A stretch of DNA of 64,000 bases from Candidatus Bipolaricaulota bacterium. Lineage in GTDB: Bacteria > Bipolaricaulota > Bipolaricaulia > UBA7950 > UBA9294. The first letter of the stretch is position 1; every line of letters begins with the position of its first letter. The notes beneath the pieces are model-generated. The model was given only the letters and a program-made list of their open reading frames with translations. It ran no database searches and was not told the origin of the DNA. Location: NCBI GenBank assembly GCA_030606565.1, contig JAUWGE010000005.1, forward strand, positions 7,777 through 71,776, in the 5' to 3' direction. A program made the position numbers and the translations under genes. This document shows positions 51,094 to 61,799 of this stretch, in pieces.

Positions 51094-51822
51094 TCACCCG
51101 CCGAAGCGGCGTTCTCGTTTCTGGTATGAGGCGATGGTCTTAAGCAACTCGGCCGGGGTGAAGTCCGGCCAAAGGGTGCCAGTGAAATAGAGCTCGGCGT
51201 AGGCTGCCTGCCAGAGAAGGAAGTTGGAGAGGCGCATCTCCCCGCTTGTTCGAATGATAATGTCAGGATCGGGAATCCCATCGGTATAGAGGAAGCAAGC
51301 GAAGGAATCTTCATCGAGCTTGCCCAAGTCGAGCTTCCCTGCAACCGCAGCAGAGGCGACCCTCTGACAGGCGCGGACGATCTCCTGTCGGGCGCCGTAG
51401 TTCAGGGCTACGTTCAGAAGTAGTCGGTCGTTCTCCGCCGTTTGTCCGATCGCGTTTCTGACAGTCTCTCGTATCTGGGATGGAAGCCCTCCTAGGTCGC
51501 CGGAGACGATGAGCCGGACTCCCTCTTTGATGAACTCCTTCAACTTTTCGGTGATGAATTGGTCAAGGAGGTGCATCAGGAAGTCAACCTCCTCGGCTGG
51601 GCGGTTCCAGTTCTCGGTGGAGAAGGCAAACAGGGTTAGGTTTTTGAGGCCAAGCTTTCCTCCAGCGAAGCGGATAAGTCGCTCCGCCGCCTGGGCCCCG
51701 GCCTGGTGACCGGCAACGCGTGGAAGGCCTCGCGCCTTAGCCCAGCGGCCGTTCCCATCCATGATCAACGCCACGTGGCGTGGTAGTCCGTCAGCTTTAA
51801 CCTGCTCGATCAGGGTCGACAC
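51094..51822 (-). CDS. uppS: Undecaprenyl diphosphate synthase
   Basis: IMDGNGRWA, FSTENWNR, RTSGEMRLSNFLLWQ. Confidence 0.95.
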   Translation of the reverse strand: MSTLIEQVKADGLPRHVALIMDGNGRWAKARGLPRVAGHQAGAQAAERLIRFAGGKLGLKNLTLFAFSTENWNRPAEEVDFLMHLLDQFITEKLKEFIKEGVRLIVSGDLGGLPSQIRETVRNAIGQTAENDRLLLNVALNYGARQEIVRACQRVASAAVAGKLDLGKLDEDSFACFLYTDGIPDPDIIIRTSGEMRLSNFLLWQAAYAELYFTGTLWPDFTPAELLKTIASYQKRERRFGG

Positions 51823-53099
51823 GGGACCTCCATCAAGATCGGCCTGGCTTCGCGTAGCACGGTGAGCGAACCGGTGATGAAGAGTACATCTTGAGCTTCA
51901 AGACAAGTACGCGCACTGATCAACCCCTCTTCCACAGAGGACGCTTGCTTAAACGCGACTCCCAAGGATGAAGCAATCTTAGCCAAAAGATCAAGCGGGA
52001 GGGCGCGTGGGCTTTGCGAACATGTGAGGGTTACCTTAGCAAACAGAGGAAAGAGGACGTGACAAATCGCCTCGCACTCCTTATCGGAAAGGAGCCCGAA
52101 CAGGAGATGACGATGTAGACGCTTCGGAACGTAGCGCTTAACATCTTTGGCCAAGGCCAGTGCGGCTGGAAGGTTGTGTGCGCCGTCGAGGATGATCGTT
52201 GGATTAAGCTTCATTACTTCGAACCGACCGGGCCAGGAAACATCGGCCAAGCCAGCGGTAACGGCATCATTGGGCAAGCTAAAGCCGGCTTTACGCAACA
52301 GTTCCACCGCTCGTAAAGTGAGCCTCAGATTCTCGGCCTGATAGCCCCCGAGAAGGGCGAGGTCGATCGTTTCGGGAAGATCGCTTGCGTCGATTCGGTA
52401 GGTTGCCCGTTTCCAGTCATAGGCGATTCTTTCCACTGCCACCGAATCACAGCGAGCAAGAGGCGCTCGCGCCTTTTCACATTCCTTGATGATGATCTCC
52501 TCCACCTCAGGTGGAAGTTCCCCCGCGAGGAAGGGGACGCTAGCCTTGGCGATCCCAGCCTTCTCCCAAGCGATCCGTTTAAGCATCTCCCCCAGGAGGG
52601 CGAGGTGATCGCGGCCGACGTTAGTCAAAATCGTTAAGAGGGGATCCAAAACGTTCGTGGCATCAAACCGCCCCCCAAGCCCCACCTCAACCACAGCGAG
52701 CTTAACACGACTTGCGGCAAAGTGGGCAAAGGCGATTGCTGTCAGTACTTCAAAGAGGGTCGGCCGATCCTCTGCGCTTTTTAAGACTGGAAGGATCTGC
52801 TCTACTCTCCCCGCAACATCTTCCTCGCTGATCCAGCGATTATTAACGCTGATCCGATCGCGAAAGTCTATCAGGTCAGGAGAAGTGAAGCGCCCCACGC
52901 GGTAGCCAGCCTGCAAAAGGATACTAGAGAGCATTGCTGCAACCGAACCTTTCCCATTTGTCCCAGCAATATGAATTGCGCGAAAGGCACGTTCCGGGTG
53001 GTCCAGCACATCGAGAAGACGACTAATACGCGCAAGACCCGGCTTCACTTCAAGAGAGGGAAGACCATCTAAGACACAGCGGGCCTCGGTATATTTCAT
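51810..53099 (-). CDS. folC: Folylpolyglutamate/dihydrofolate synthase
   Basis: HIAGTNGKGS, EVGLGGRFDATN, WPGRFE, LDGAHN. Confidence 0.93.
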   Translation of the reverse strand: MKYTEARCVLDGLPSLEVKPGLARISRLLDVLDHPERAFRAIHIAGTNGKGSVAAMLSSILLQAGYRVGRFTSPDLIDFRDRISVNNRWISEEDVAGRVEQILPVLKSAEDRPTLFEVLTAIAFAHFAASRVKLAVVEVGLGGRFDATNVLDPLLTILTNVGRDHLALLGEMLKRIAWEKAGIAKASVPFLAGELPPEVEEIIIKECEKARAPLARCDSVAVERIAYDWKRATYRIDASDLPETIDLALLGGYQAENLRLTLRAVELLRKAGFSLPNDAVTAGLADVSWPGRFEVMKLNPTIILDGAHNLPAALALAKDVKRYVPKRLHRHLLFGLLSDKECEAICHVLFPLFAKVTLTCSQSPRALPLDLLAKIASSLGVAFKQASSVEEGLISARTCLEAQDVLFITGSLTVLREARPILMEVPCRP

Positions 53100-55718
53100 C
53101 TACTCCTCCAGCGCGGTAAGGTTCGCTTGCAGTCGCTCCTGCTTAGCGAGGAGCTCCTCCTGCTTCTTGTGCTCCTTTTTTACGACCTCACGCGGTGCCT
53201 GTTCGAGAAACGAGGGGTTCGTGAGGTTTCTTATGGCCTTCGCTAATTCGGTTTTTACCTGATTTAACTCCTTACGCAGACGGGAGCACTCTGCGTTAAT
53301 GTCGATCAGTTCGGTGAGGGGGACGAATAGCTCTGCATCAGTGAGAACCTGCCGGGCCGAACCTGGAGGGGCACTAATGTCCTCCTTGATTTGCCACTCA
53401 TCCGCTCCGACGAGGGCGTTAAGCGCCTGGGATTTGCACTTTAAAAGTGCCGATAGCTTAGGGTCGAAAGTCCGTACTAGGACCTTAAGGCGTGCGTTTT
53501 GGGGAACATTTAACTCGGCACGGATCGTCCGGACCGCGTTGACCACCTCCTGAAAGGCCGCCATCTTTGCTTCAGCCTGTGAATCACTCGCCGCCGGCTG
53601 CGGAAAGGCGGCGATGGAAAGGGATACCGGTTCCTCACCAAGAATCTGCCAGATCTCCTCGCTGATGAAGGGAACGAATGGGTGCAAGAGCTTTAAGATC
53701 TCCTTTAAAACGTGGTAGAGGATCCCCTTCACCTCTTGATCTTGCTCAGAGGCAAGCCTCACCTTGGCGAGCTCGAGGTACCAGTCGCAGAAGTCATGCC
53801 AGATGAAGGCATACAAGGACTCGCTAGCAAGGTTGAAGTTATAGACATCGAGGTTCGCGCGAATCGTTAAGATCGTCCTTGACAGTCGCGATAGGATGAA
53901 CCGGTCCTCCAACTCGGAGATCTCGGCGGGAAGCCTTGGCCGCTCATCCCCCAGATTTAGAAGGACAAAGCGGGCCATGTTCCAGATCTTGTTCAAGAAG
54001 TTCCGGCTTGACTCGATGTCGCGCATCGCCACCCGCATCCCGCGTCCCTTGGAGGTGGACTGTGCCAAGGTGAAGCGTAATGCGTCCATTCCGTAACTAT
54101 CCTTCACCTCCAAAGGATCGATGATGTTCCCCCGCGAGGAACTCATCTTTATCCCGTGCTCATCCTCAATGAGTGGGGTGAAATAGACCTGCCGGAATGG
54201 GACCTTTCCCATAAAGTGGATCCCCATCATTATCATCCTCGCTACCCAGAAGAAGATGATATCAAATCCAGTGATCAGCAGTGAGGTTGGATAGAAGTAG
54301 TTAAGTTCCGCCGTCTCCTCGGGCCAGCCCATCACCGAGAATGGAAATAGGGCAGAACTGAACCATGTATCGAGAACGTCGGAGTCCTGATGGATCTCTG
54401 CACTCCTGCATGTCGGACATCTAGCCGGGTTCTCCCGGGAGACGATCGTCTCGCCGCAGGCCTGACAATACCAGACAGGAATCTGGTGGCCCCACCATAG
54501 CTGGCGGGAGATACACCAATCTTTGATATTCTCCATCCAGTCGAAGTACAGCCTCTTCCATCTTTTAGGGATGAACATGACCTCGTCTGAGCGAACAGCC
54601 TCTATCGCCGGGGTGGCAAGCTCCTTCATCCTCACAAACCACTGGTTGGAGATGAGAGGCTCCACTGGGGTATCACAGCGCTGGCAGTGCCCAATCGAGT
54701 GTGGGTACGGCTCTACCTTCACTAGAACTAAAGCGGTCTTTAGATCCTCGATCACACGGGTGCGTGCCTCCTCTACAGTAAGACCGGCATAGGCATCGGC
54801 GTTCTCGTTCAGCGTTCCGTCCCCGTTTAGGATATTGATCGCTTGCAGGTTGTGCTGGCGGCCGATCTCGAAGTCAACCGGGTCATGCGCTGGGGTCACC
54901 TTAAGGATGCCTGTCCCAAATTCCGGGTCGATCGCCTCTGAAGGAACGATCGGAAGCTCGCGTCCAAGAAGGGGCAGAATCGCAGTTTTTCCGATTAGGT
55001 GGGCGTGGGCTGGATCGTTTGGGTGCACTGCCACCGCGGTGTCGCCGAGCATTGTCTCTGGTCGGGTGGTGGCAATCTCGATTACTTCCTCAGAATCCTT
55101 TAGGGCGTAGCGGATAGTGTAGAGATCGCCCGGTTCTTCGTAGTGAATCACCTCGATGTCGGAAAGGGCGGTTTGGCAACGTGGGCACCAGTTGATCATG
55201 CGCTCGCCACGGTAGATTTTCCCTTCCTCGTAGAGGCGAACGAAGACTTCGCGTACAGCACGGGAAAGGCCTTCGTCGAGGGTGAACCTCTCCCGCTCCC
55301 AATCGGGAGAGGTTCCGAGCGCCTTCAACTGCCTGCGAATATGGCCACCATAGCGCTCTTTCCAGTCCCAGACACGCTCCACAAACTTCTCGCGCCCAAG
55401 GTCGTGTCGGGTGAGTCCCTCCTTGGCCAGTTCCTTTTCCACAACGTTCTGGGTAGCGATCCCTGCATGATCCATGCCAGGAAACCAACAAGTGACGTAA
55501 CCATCCATCCGCTTATAGCGAATTACGATGTCGTGTAGGGTATATTGAAGAGCATTTCCAATATGCATCGCCGAGGTGATATTCGGCGGCGGGATAACCA
55601 TGGAGAACCGCTTATCTTTGCTTGGGTCAACCTCGACGTGAAAGAAACCGCGCTCCTCCCAGAAGCGATGGATCCTTTCCTCTACCTGAGGTGGCTGATA
55701 GCGCTTGGAAAGCTGCAT
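53100..55718 (-). CDS. valS: Valine--tRNA ligase
   Basis: AGGAGG RBS; DHAGIATQ, ATTRPETMLGD, DWCISRQLWWGH, DVLDTWFSS; C-terminal coiled coil. Confidence 0.95.
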   Translation of the reverse strand: MQLSKRYQPPQVEERIHRFWEERGFFHVEVDPSKDKRFSMVIPPPNITSAMHIGNALQYTLHDIVIRYKRMDGYVTCWFPGMDHAGIATQNVVEKELAKEGLTRHDLGREKFVERVWDWKERYGGHIRRQLKALGTSPDWERERFTLDEGLSRAVREVFVRLYEEGKIYRGERMINWCPRCQTALSDIEVIHYEEPGDLYTIRYALKDSEEVIEIATTRPETMLGDTAVAVHPNDPAHAHLIGKTAILPLLGRELPIVPSEAIDPEFGTGILKVTPAHDPVDFEIGRQHNLQAINILNGDGTLNENADAYAGLTVEEARTRVIEDLKTALVLVKVEPYPHSIGHCQRCDTPVEPLISNQWFVRMKELATPAIEAVRSDEVMFIPKRWKRLYFDWMENIKDWCISRQLWWGHQIPVWYCQACGETIVSRENPARCPTCRSAEIHQDSDVLDTWFSSALFPFSVMGWPEETAELNYFYPTSLLITGFDIIFFWVARMIMMGIHFMGKVPFRQVYFTPLIEDEHGIKMSSSRGNIIDPLEVKDSYGMDALRFTLAQSTSKGRGMRVAMRDIESSRNFLNKIWNMARFVLLNLGDERPRLPAEISELEDRFILSRLSRTILTIRANLDVYNFNLASESLYAFIWHDFCDWYLELAKVRLASEQDQEVKGILYHVLKEILKLLHPFVPFISEEIWQILGEEPVSLSIAAFPQPAASDSQAEAKMAAFQEVVNAVRTIRAELNVPQNARLKVLVRTFDPKLSALLKCKSQALNALVGADEWQIKEDISAPPGSARQVLTDAELFVPLTELIDINAECSRLRKELNQVKTELAKAIRNLTNPSFLEQAPREVVKKEHKKQEELLAKQERLQANLTALEE

Positions 55719-55794
55719 CGAACTCCTCCTCGAGCTGTTCGCACACATATTAGCAAAATCGACCGAAGAACCACAATTTATGCCTTGTACAGGC

Positions 55795-56244
55795 TCACAT
55801 CCAGGCCTTGAGGGTGAGCGAGTACTCGTGCAGTTCCTCTGGGGAGAAGAAGAGCAAAAGCTCATGCTGCGCCGAGGAGAGACAGTCCGACCCGTGCACA
55901 AGGTTCTTAGTAAGGTTGAGGCCGAAGTCGCCGCGGATCGTTCCCGACGCCGCCTTCTGCGGGTCGGTCTCCCCCATCAGTCCGCGCACTACCTCGATCG
56001 CATTCTCGCCTTCAATCGCCATGGCGACGATTGGCGAAGAGGTAATGAACGCGACAAGTTCAGGAAAGAATGGCTTTTGTACGTGTTCCTGATAGTGACG
56101 GCGGGCGAGTTCTTCGTCGAGCGAAAGCATCTTCATCCCAACGACCTTCAACCCCTTCTCCTCGAAGCGGGAGATGATCCGCCCCACAAGCCCCCGCTGC
56201 ACGGCATCGGGCTTACAGAGGACCAATGTGCGCTGCACACTCAT
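55795..56244 (-). CDS. ndk: Nucleoside diphosphate kinase
   Basis: KPDAVQR, GTIRGDF, NLVHGSD. Confidence 0.95.
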   Translation of the reverse strand: MSVQRTLVLCKPDAVQRGLVGRIISRFEEKGLKVVGMKMLSLDEELARRHYQEHVQKPFFPELVAFITSSPIVAMAIEGENAIEVVRGLMGETDPQKAASGTIRGDFGLNLTKNLVHGSDCLSSAQHELLLFFSPEELHEYSLTLKAWM

Positions 56245-56256
56245 CGATGATACCTC

Positions 56257-57357
56257 CTACGGAGTTCGGATGTAGCGGCGCCCCTCCACCTGCTGGATCA
56301 GGTTCTCCATCTGGAGCAAAAGCAAGGTATGCGCAGCTTCAGTTGGGGTAAGATCCCCATGAGCAATGATATCATCAATGTGAATCGGTTCAAGACCGAT
56401 CAGATCATATACGCGTCGCTGTGATTCCGAGAGGGCGGCAATCGTCGCTTTCGTTTTCGCTGGAGTTACCTTCCCCAATTTGGAAAGATCGGGAAACTCG
56501 CAGAGCACGTCCTCAACTGTCTCTACAAGCTTTGCCCCATCCTTGATCAGGCGGTTTGTCCCGACGCTCGCCGTACTGGTGACATTTCCCGGAACGGCGA
56601 ACACCTCACGCCCCTGTTCCAAGGCCAGCCGGGCGGTGATCAAGGCGCCGCTTCGTTGCGGGGCTTCCACAACAATCACCCCACGTGAGAGGCCGGAGAG
56701 AACGCGGTTGCGCTGGGGAAAGCTCCACTTCGTCGGTCTAGTGTCAAGAGGGTACTCACTTACAAGTGTCCCAGTATCACTGATTCTTTCGCCCAATCCC
56801 CTGTTGCTAGCCGGATAGGGGTGGAGGAACCCCGAACCGAGGACTGCTACGGTCTGTGCGCCCGCTTTTAAGGCGCCGCGATGGGCGGCACTGTCAATCC
56901 CAAGCGCTAATCCGCTCACCACGACCAGACCAAGATCACCCAGATCCGAAGCGAGCCGCTCGGCCACTGCCCTACCGTACCGGCTGCTGCGACGCGTCCC
57001 CACAATCGCGATTGTCCGCATTGTGTCGACTGTCTGATTCCCCTTTATATAAAGGATGGCCGGTGGGACTTCAATCTGGCGCAAAAGTGAGGGGTAGTCG
57101 GGGTCGAGGATGGTAAGGATTTGGATCCCCAACTCCTTGGATCGCGCAAGCTCGTGGTCGATCGCCTCTTCACTGCGGGAGGTAGCGATCTTAGGCGCCG
57201 CCTTGGAGAAGCCGGGAAGCGCAGCGAGTTCTTTTTGCGGTGCCTCCCAAATCGCCTGTGGAGAGGTGAAACGATCGAGGAGGATTGCCATTCGCCGCGG
57301 GGTGAGTTCGCGGATCAGGTTAAGTCCGATCAAATAATGGTTCGCTGGCCTTTTCAT
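56257..57357 (-). CDS. dprA: DNA-processing protein DprA
   Basis: AIVGTR, VSGLALGID, FPQRNR, SGALITA, GREVFAVPG. Confidence 0.95.
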   Translation of the reverse strand: MKRPANHYLIGLNLIRELTPRRMAILLDRFTSPQAIWEAPQKELAALPGFSKAAPKIATSRSEEAIDHELARSKELGIQILTILDPDYPSLLRQIEVPPAILYIKGNQTVDTMRTIAIVGTRRSSRYGRAVAERLASDLGDLGLVVVSGLALGIDSAAHRGALKAGAQTVAVLGSGFLHPYPASNRGLGERISDTGTLVSEYPLDTRPTKWSFPQRNRVLSGLSRGVIVVEAPQRSGALITARLALEQGREVFAVPGNVTSTASVGTNRLIKDGAKLVETVEDVLCEFPDLSKLGKVTPAKTKATIAALSESQRRVYDLIGLEPIHIDDIIAHGDLTPTEAAHTLLLLQMENLIQQVEGRRYIRTP

Positions 57358-57476
57358 TAAAGAAAGATATTAGACCTAAAGTATTCTCTCTGACAAGGGT
57401 TGTCTCTTCTGGGGGTTTTTCTCGCGGTCGTTGAGTGTCTTTCGTTGTTTGGCTATGATCCTTCCCGGTGACAAGG

Positions 57477-57872
57477 ATGCCGATTATCTTATTCATTATC
57501 GCGTGCGTAGAGGTCGCCTCGCTGATTAAGCTCGGTCAGGCCATCGGCGGTGGACCGGTACTGGGAGTGATTATACTCACCGCCGTTTTTGGGTTGACTC
57601 TTCTTCGCCTGGGTGGCCGATCCGCCTTAACAAAACTTACGGCGAGCGTCTTTGCGGGGAGACTCTCCGCAACGGACCTCCTCCGCCGTGAACTGTCCCT
57701 CTTACTGGCGGGTATCCTCCTCATCGTTCCAGGACTGCTCACCGATGCTGCTGGGATCGTGTTCCTTGGACGATACTTTTTCTCTCGATTCCCTTCTCAC
57801 CGGCCCAAAAGTGAGGAGGGTGATGTGATCGACGTCGAGTACCAAGTCCACGACAAGGCGCCGCGGGAGTAA
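57477..57872 (+). CDS. fxsA: FxsA family membrane protein
   Basis: AGILLIVPGLLTDAAG; C-terminal VIDVEY; start could be 57468. Confidence 0.8.
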   Translation: MPIILFIIACVEVASLIKLGQAIGGGPVLGVIILTAVFGLTLLRLGGRSALTKLTASVFAGRLSATDLLRRELSLLLAGILLIVPGLLTDAAGIVFLGRYFFSRFPSHRPKSEEGDVIDVEYQVHDKAPRE

Positions 57873-59347
57873 AGAGCAAGCAAGAACAAGTGTAAAACGA
57901 GCCCTCCGATCCAGATTCCCATCCAGGAGGAGACCTGAAATTCGGCAAACGGGAGTCCTCCCAGCCGCTCAACAACCCAGATTAGGGACTTTAGCATCCA
58001 ACCAAACAGAATTCCCACCGGGGTAAAGAGCGGTGCCCAAGAGCACAAAAGGGCAAAAAGACCGCTCCAAAGTGCGACAGTAGCCAGTGGAATAACAAGC
58101 AGGTTGGCAACGAGGACGAGCGGGTGGATCGTCCCGAAGTGATATGCGATAAACGGCGCAGTCCCTGCTTGCGCCGCCGCTGATACAACCAGTAGACCAA
58201 GCGGGTAGCGCACGCACCACGCGGGAAGTGGAGCTCTCTTTACCAGTTCATTGATCCAATTCCCCACGCCAAAGAAGGGATCGAATGAAGCGATGATCGC
58301 CGCAGTGGCACCAAAGCTTAACTGAAAACCGACATCAAACAACGCAGAGGGCCGAATGGCGAGGATGACAAGCGCGGCCGCGGCCAAGCCCTGATAAGAG
58401 CGCACCCAGCGACGGAGGATGATCCCCAGGTCAGCAAGGACGCTCCCCAAGCCGAGAAACGCAAACAGAAGGGCAGCGCGCACCAGGCTCACCCGCGGGC
58501 CTACAAGCCATAAGACAAGTAAGACGGCCAGCCCAACAAGCGGGTAAGTGATCACTGGCCGCAGACCGGCAAAGCGCAGGGCGAACCAAAGTACAGCGAG
58601 GAAGATCCCCAGATGAAGCCCGGAGACAGCGAGCAGGTGCATCAGGCCGGTGCGGCGGAAGGCCTCCTCTACTTCATCAGAGAGCGAGGCACGCTCTCCA
58701 AACAGGAGGCCGTGGGCCAAGCCGGCCTCAACAGAGGGAAGGATCTGATCCAGTCGCTCAAGGAGCTTCTGGCGAAGATTATCCCCAAAGCGCAGAATAC
58801 GGCTCCCAGCGGTGCCGATCTCCTCTATCTGGTCTTTACCACCAACCGCCATTGTGGCAAAGACCCCTTGGCGAGCGAGGTAGGCGCGGTAATCGAAGTC
58901 GTCAAAACGCTCCGGCGCCTCCACCGAGCCGACCAAGTGAAGCCGATCTCCATAGAGAATCCTTTCTTGATTCTCCTCGTTCCAAAAGCAGGTGACGCGG
59001 ATCTTCGCTGGGAGGTGATCCGGCGCGAGGATAAAGGCGGTATATCCATCGCCAAGATCGGGATAAGAGACGACCGTTCCCGTGACCTCTCGCAGATAGA
59101 TCGCTCGCCCGTAGAGCCCTTCCATCGGGAGCTTGAAGGTCTGAGTACGAAGCCCTCCCAAAAGAGCGATGACAACAAGAAGACCAACGAGGAAGGCGCG
59201 ACGCACACGCGCTAGAAGGACGCATATAACTGCAATCCCCACCGCTGGCCAATAGAGGACCGAAGGGGCAAGATCAGGGGGGAGAAGCGAGCCAAAAACT
59301 GTTCCCGTTGCAAAAGCGAGCGTTATACCAACCAGAGAATACCTCAT
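57797..59347 (-). CDS. comEC: ComEC/Rec2 competence protein (no metallo-beta-lactamase domain)
   Basis: FDYRAYL, TGLMHLLAVSGLH, GFQLSF. Confidence 0.9.
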   Translation of the reverse strand: MRYSLVGITLAFATGTVFGSLLPPDLAPSVLYWPAVGIAVICVLLARVRRAFLVGLLVVIALLGGLRTQTFKLPMEGLYGRAIYLREVTGTVVSYPDLGDGYTAFILAPDHLPAKIRVTCFWNEENQERILYGDRLHLVGSVEAPERFDDFDYRAYLARQGVFATMAVGGKDQIEEIGTAGSRILRFGDNLRQKLLERLDQILPSVEAGLAHGLLFGERASLSDEVEEAFRRTGLMHLLAVSGLHLGIFLAVLWFALRFAGLRPVITYPLVGLAVLLVLWLVGPRVSLVRAALLFAFLGLGSVLADLGIILRRWVRSYQGLAAAALVILAIRPSALFDVGFQLSFGATAAIIASFDPFFGVGNWINELVKRAPLPAWCVRYPLGLLVVSAAAQAGTAPFIAYHFGTIHPLVLVANLLVIPLATVALWSGLFALLCSWAPLFTPVGILFGWMLKSLIWVVERLGGLPFAEFQVSSWMGIWIGGLVLHLFLLALYSRGALSWTWYSTSITSPSSLLGR

Positions 59348-59381
59348 CTCCCCATAAAGGATAACTGAAGCAATGCCTGAA

Positions 59382-59410
59382 TTGCCAATTGCTCGAAAAG
59401 TTGGTATAAT
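59382..59410 (+). promoter_or_regulatory. sigma70-type promoter of ssrA
   Basis: TTGCCA-17 bp-TATAAT. Confidence 0.7.
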
Positions 59411-59429
59411 GCGAGCGGATCATTGATAT

Positions 59430-59781
<352 letters not shown>

Positions 59782-59968
59782 GATCCTCTAGAGTTTTTTC
59801 GCAAGATTCTTGTCGCGATGGTCCACTCAGAGCTAACAAGGTTAAATGGATCTCTCATCTCCAGTGGCTTATTCAAGCAATTTGGAGATCACTACTTTGG
59901 CCACACCATCCGTTGTGGGCGCTGAGTCTTGCACTTTGTGTCTGGTATAAAGTGACCGGATGTTAGAC

Positions 59969-60682
59969 TCAAGCTTGAAGAAGTTCTCGGAAGGTAGCGG
60001 CATTTTGCACTGCGTAGCCACCGATGTCGTTATTGAAGAAGGCGTAGATATCCCGGGCACCAGACTGCCTCGCCCAGTGAGCGCGTCTTTGAAGCTGGTT
60101 ATCGGGGTAGCTTCCCTGATACCCACCGCCAGGGCCGTGGGAGCGCAGGTAAAGAAGTGGCCCAATCAAGATCTCTGGACAGCGGCTTTTGGGCATATCA
60201 TGCACACAGAGCATGGCTCCCTTTGCCACAAGGAGCTCATACACTTTTTGAGTGAACCAGCTTGGATCACGGAATTCCAACACCGGTGTGGGTTTCGCTG
60301 GCAGAAGGTCGAGAAACGTCTTAAAAAGAGAAAGGTTCACCTCGAAGCTAGGGGGAAGTTGCCAAAGGACCAAAGCTAGCTTTTCCTGCAAGGCCACCAC
60401 CCGTTTGTAGAACACGGCCACTGGCTCCTCGCAATCTTCAAGCCGCTTGATATGGGACACATAGCGGCTACCTTTAAGGACAAACAGGAAGTCCTCAGGT
60501 GTCCGCTCATGCCAGGACTCCAAGGTAGTCTGGCGGGGGAGGTGATAGAAGGAGCTATTGATCTCAACACAATCAAACCGGTCGGAATAGAATTCCAGAA
60601 AGCGCCGCTGCGGCAAATCCTCGGGGTAAAAGACACCCTTCCAGTGCTGATATGAGAATCCAGACGTTCCCACACGGATCAT
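59969..60682 (-). CDS. DUF72 domain-containing protein
   Basis: VGTSGFSYQHWKGVFYP, VEINSSFY, WQLPPSF, FFNND. Confidence 0.92.
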   Translation of the reverse strand: MIRVGTSGFSYQHWKGVFYPEDLPQRRFLEFYSDRFDCVEINSSFYHLPRQTTLESWHERTPEDFLFVLKGSRYVSHIKRLEDCEEPVAVFYKRVVALQEKLALVLWQLPPSFEVNLSLFKTFLDLLPAKPTPVLEFRDPSWFTQKVYELLVAKGAMLCVHDMPKSRCPEILIGPLLYLRSHGPGGGYQGSYPDNQLQRRAHWARQSGARDIYAFFNNDIGGYAVQNAATFRELLQA

Positions 60683-61030
60683 GACGCATCTACCCCCGGG
60701 ACTGTTTCATCGCTGCAAGCAGCTTATAAAGGCTGGATTCAGCTAAAGGACCCACCATCTTTGAACACTTCCTCTCCCAAATATAGTCTGTTTAGGAACC
60801 GACGGTCAACCGGGAAGTGGTGATCGAATGGCCTCGTAGTTGGAGGGGATGTTGGACTGCAAGACCAGGTCCTACCCAGACGGAGCCATGGCTCCATCTG
60901 ATGTCTGTCCATTTTTCCCGGTTCCCCTCTCAAGCTTCGTTTGTGACTAGCCGCTACCAGGTTGTAAGGCTTGTATTCAGTCTACCTACGACATTATCGC
61001 ACGAGGTACAATCCCTCACCGCCCCGCAGC

Positions 61031-61079
61031 TTGCCGCGAGGTTTCTTTATAGTATAATGACCATTTAGGTGGTTATTAT
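61031..61079 (+). promoter_or_regulatory. Toxin-antitoxin promoter with overlapping operator palindrome
   Basis: TTGCCG-16 bp-TATAAT; ATAATGACCA-N6-TGGTTATTAT inverted repeat. Confidence 0.6.
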
Positions 61080-61338
61080 GAAACTAACAACTGTTAAGGA
61101 GTTCAGAGACCAAGCGACGAAGTTTCTGCGCAGTCGAGATCCCGTCCTCATTACTCGTAGAGGGAAGCCTGCTGGGATCTACGTCTCCCTAGAGAAAGAG
61201 GAGGACCTCCCCGTTGATTTTCGCAAAGAACTTATGTTGGCGCTTGTGACCCAGGTGAAGAAGAGCCTGCAGGAGCACGGCTTCACCGAGCAAGAGATCC
61301 TCAGCGACTTTGAAACCACCCGACAGGCTCATCGTTGA
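61078..61338 (+). CDS. Phd/YefM family antitoxin
   Basis: TVKEFRDQ...PVLITRRGKPAG. Confidence 0.85.
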   Translation: MKLTTVKEFRDQATKFLRSRDPVLITRRGKPAGIYVSLEKEEDLPVDFRKELMLALVTQVKKSLQEHGFTEQEILSDFETTRQAHR

Positions 61339-61735
61339 CGCAAATCCCATCATCTCCGCCCTCCTTGGAGGTGCTGCTCTCCGGGCCTTCTGGAGTCCCT
61401 CGCTCAAGGAACTGGCAACAACCGCATTCACCATGGGCGAGGTTCTCTCTTACCTCCCGCAGCTAGCGAGGAAAATCTCAGTCGCTGAGGAGATGCTTCG
61501 CTTTACGCTTGAGCTCCTTCCATTGACCGTGCACGGAAAGGAAGTCTATCAGAACCAGATGGCAGAAGCGAGGAGGAGGATAGGGAAGCGAGATCCAAAC
61601 GATGTTGATCTGTTGGCGCTGGTATTGGCATTGGGCTACCCTCTTTGGTCAAACGATCGCGACTTCGAAGGGACAGGAGTAACCCTATTCACGACAGCGA
61701 GCTTGCTGAAATCGCTTCCGTCCAAAGGATCATGA
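61310..61735 (+). CDS. PIN-domain (VapC-like) toxin
   Basis: IVDANPIISAL, DPNDVDLLAL, LWSNDRDF; overlaps the antitoxin. Confidence 0.88.
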   Translation: MKPPDRLIVDANPIISALLGGAALRAFWSPSLKELATTAFTMGEVLSYLPQLARKISVAEEMLRFTLELLPLTVHGKEVYQNQMAEARRRIGKRDPNDVDLLALVLALGYPLWSNDRDFEGTGVTLFTTASLLKSLPSKGS

Positions 61736-61799
61736 GAACCCCGCCGTTGTCACGAAAGGCTTCTGATGTTGCGTGTCCCCGATCGTGGAAATCCCACCG

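Noticed and set aside
60739..61068. Short ORFs between DUF72 and the TA pair
   Set aside because: No RBS or motif support
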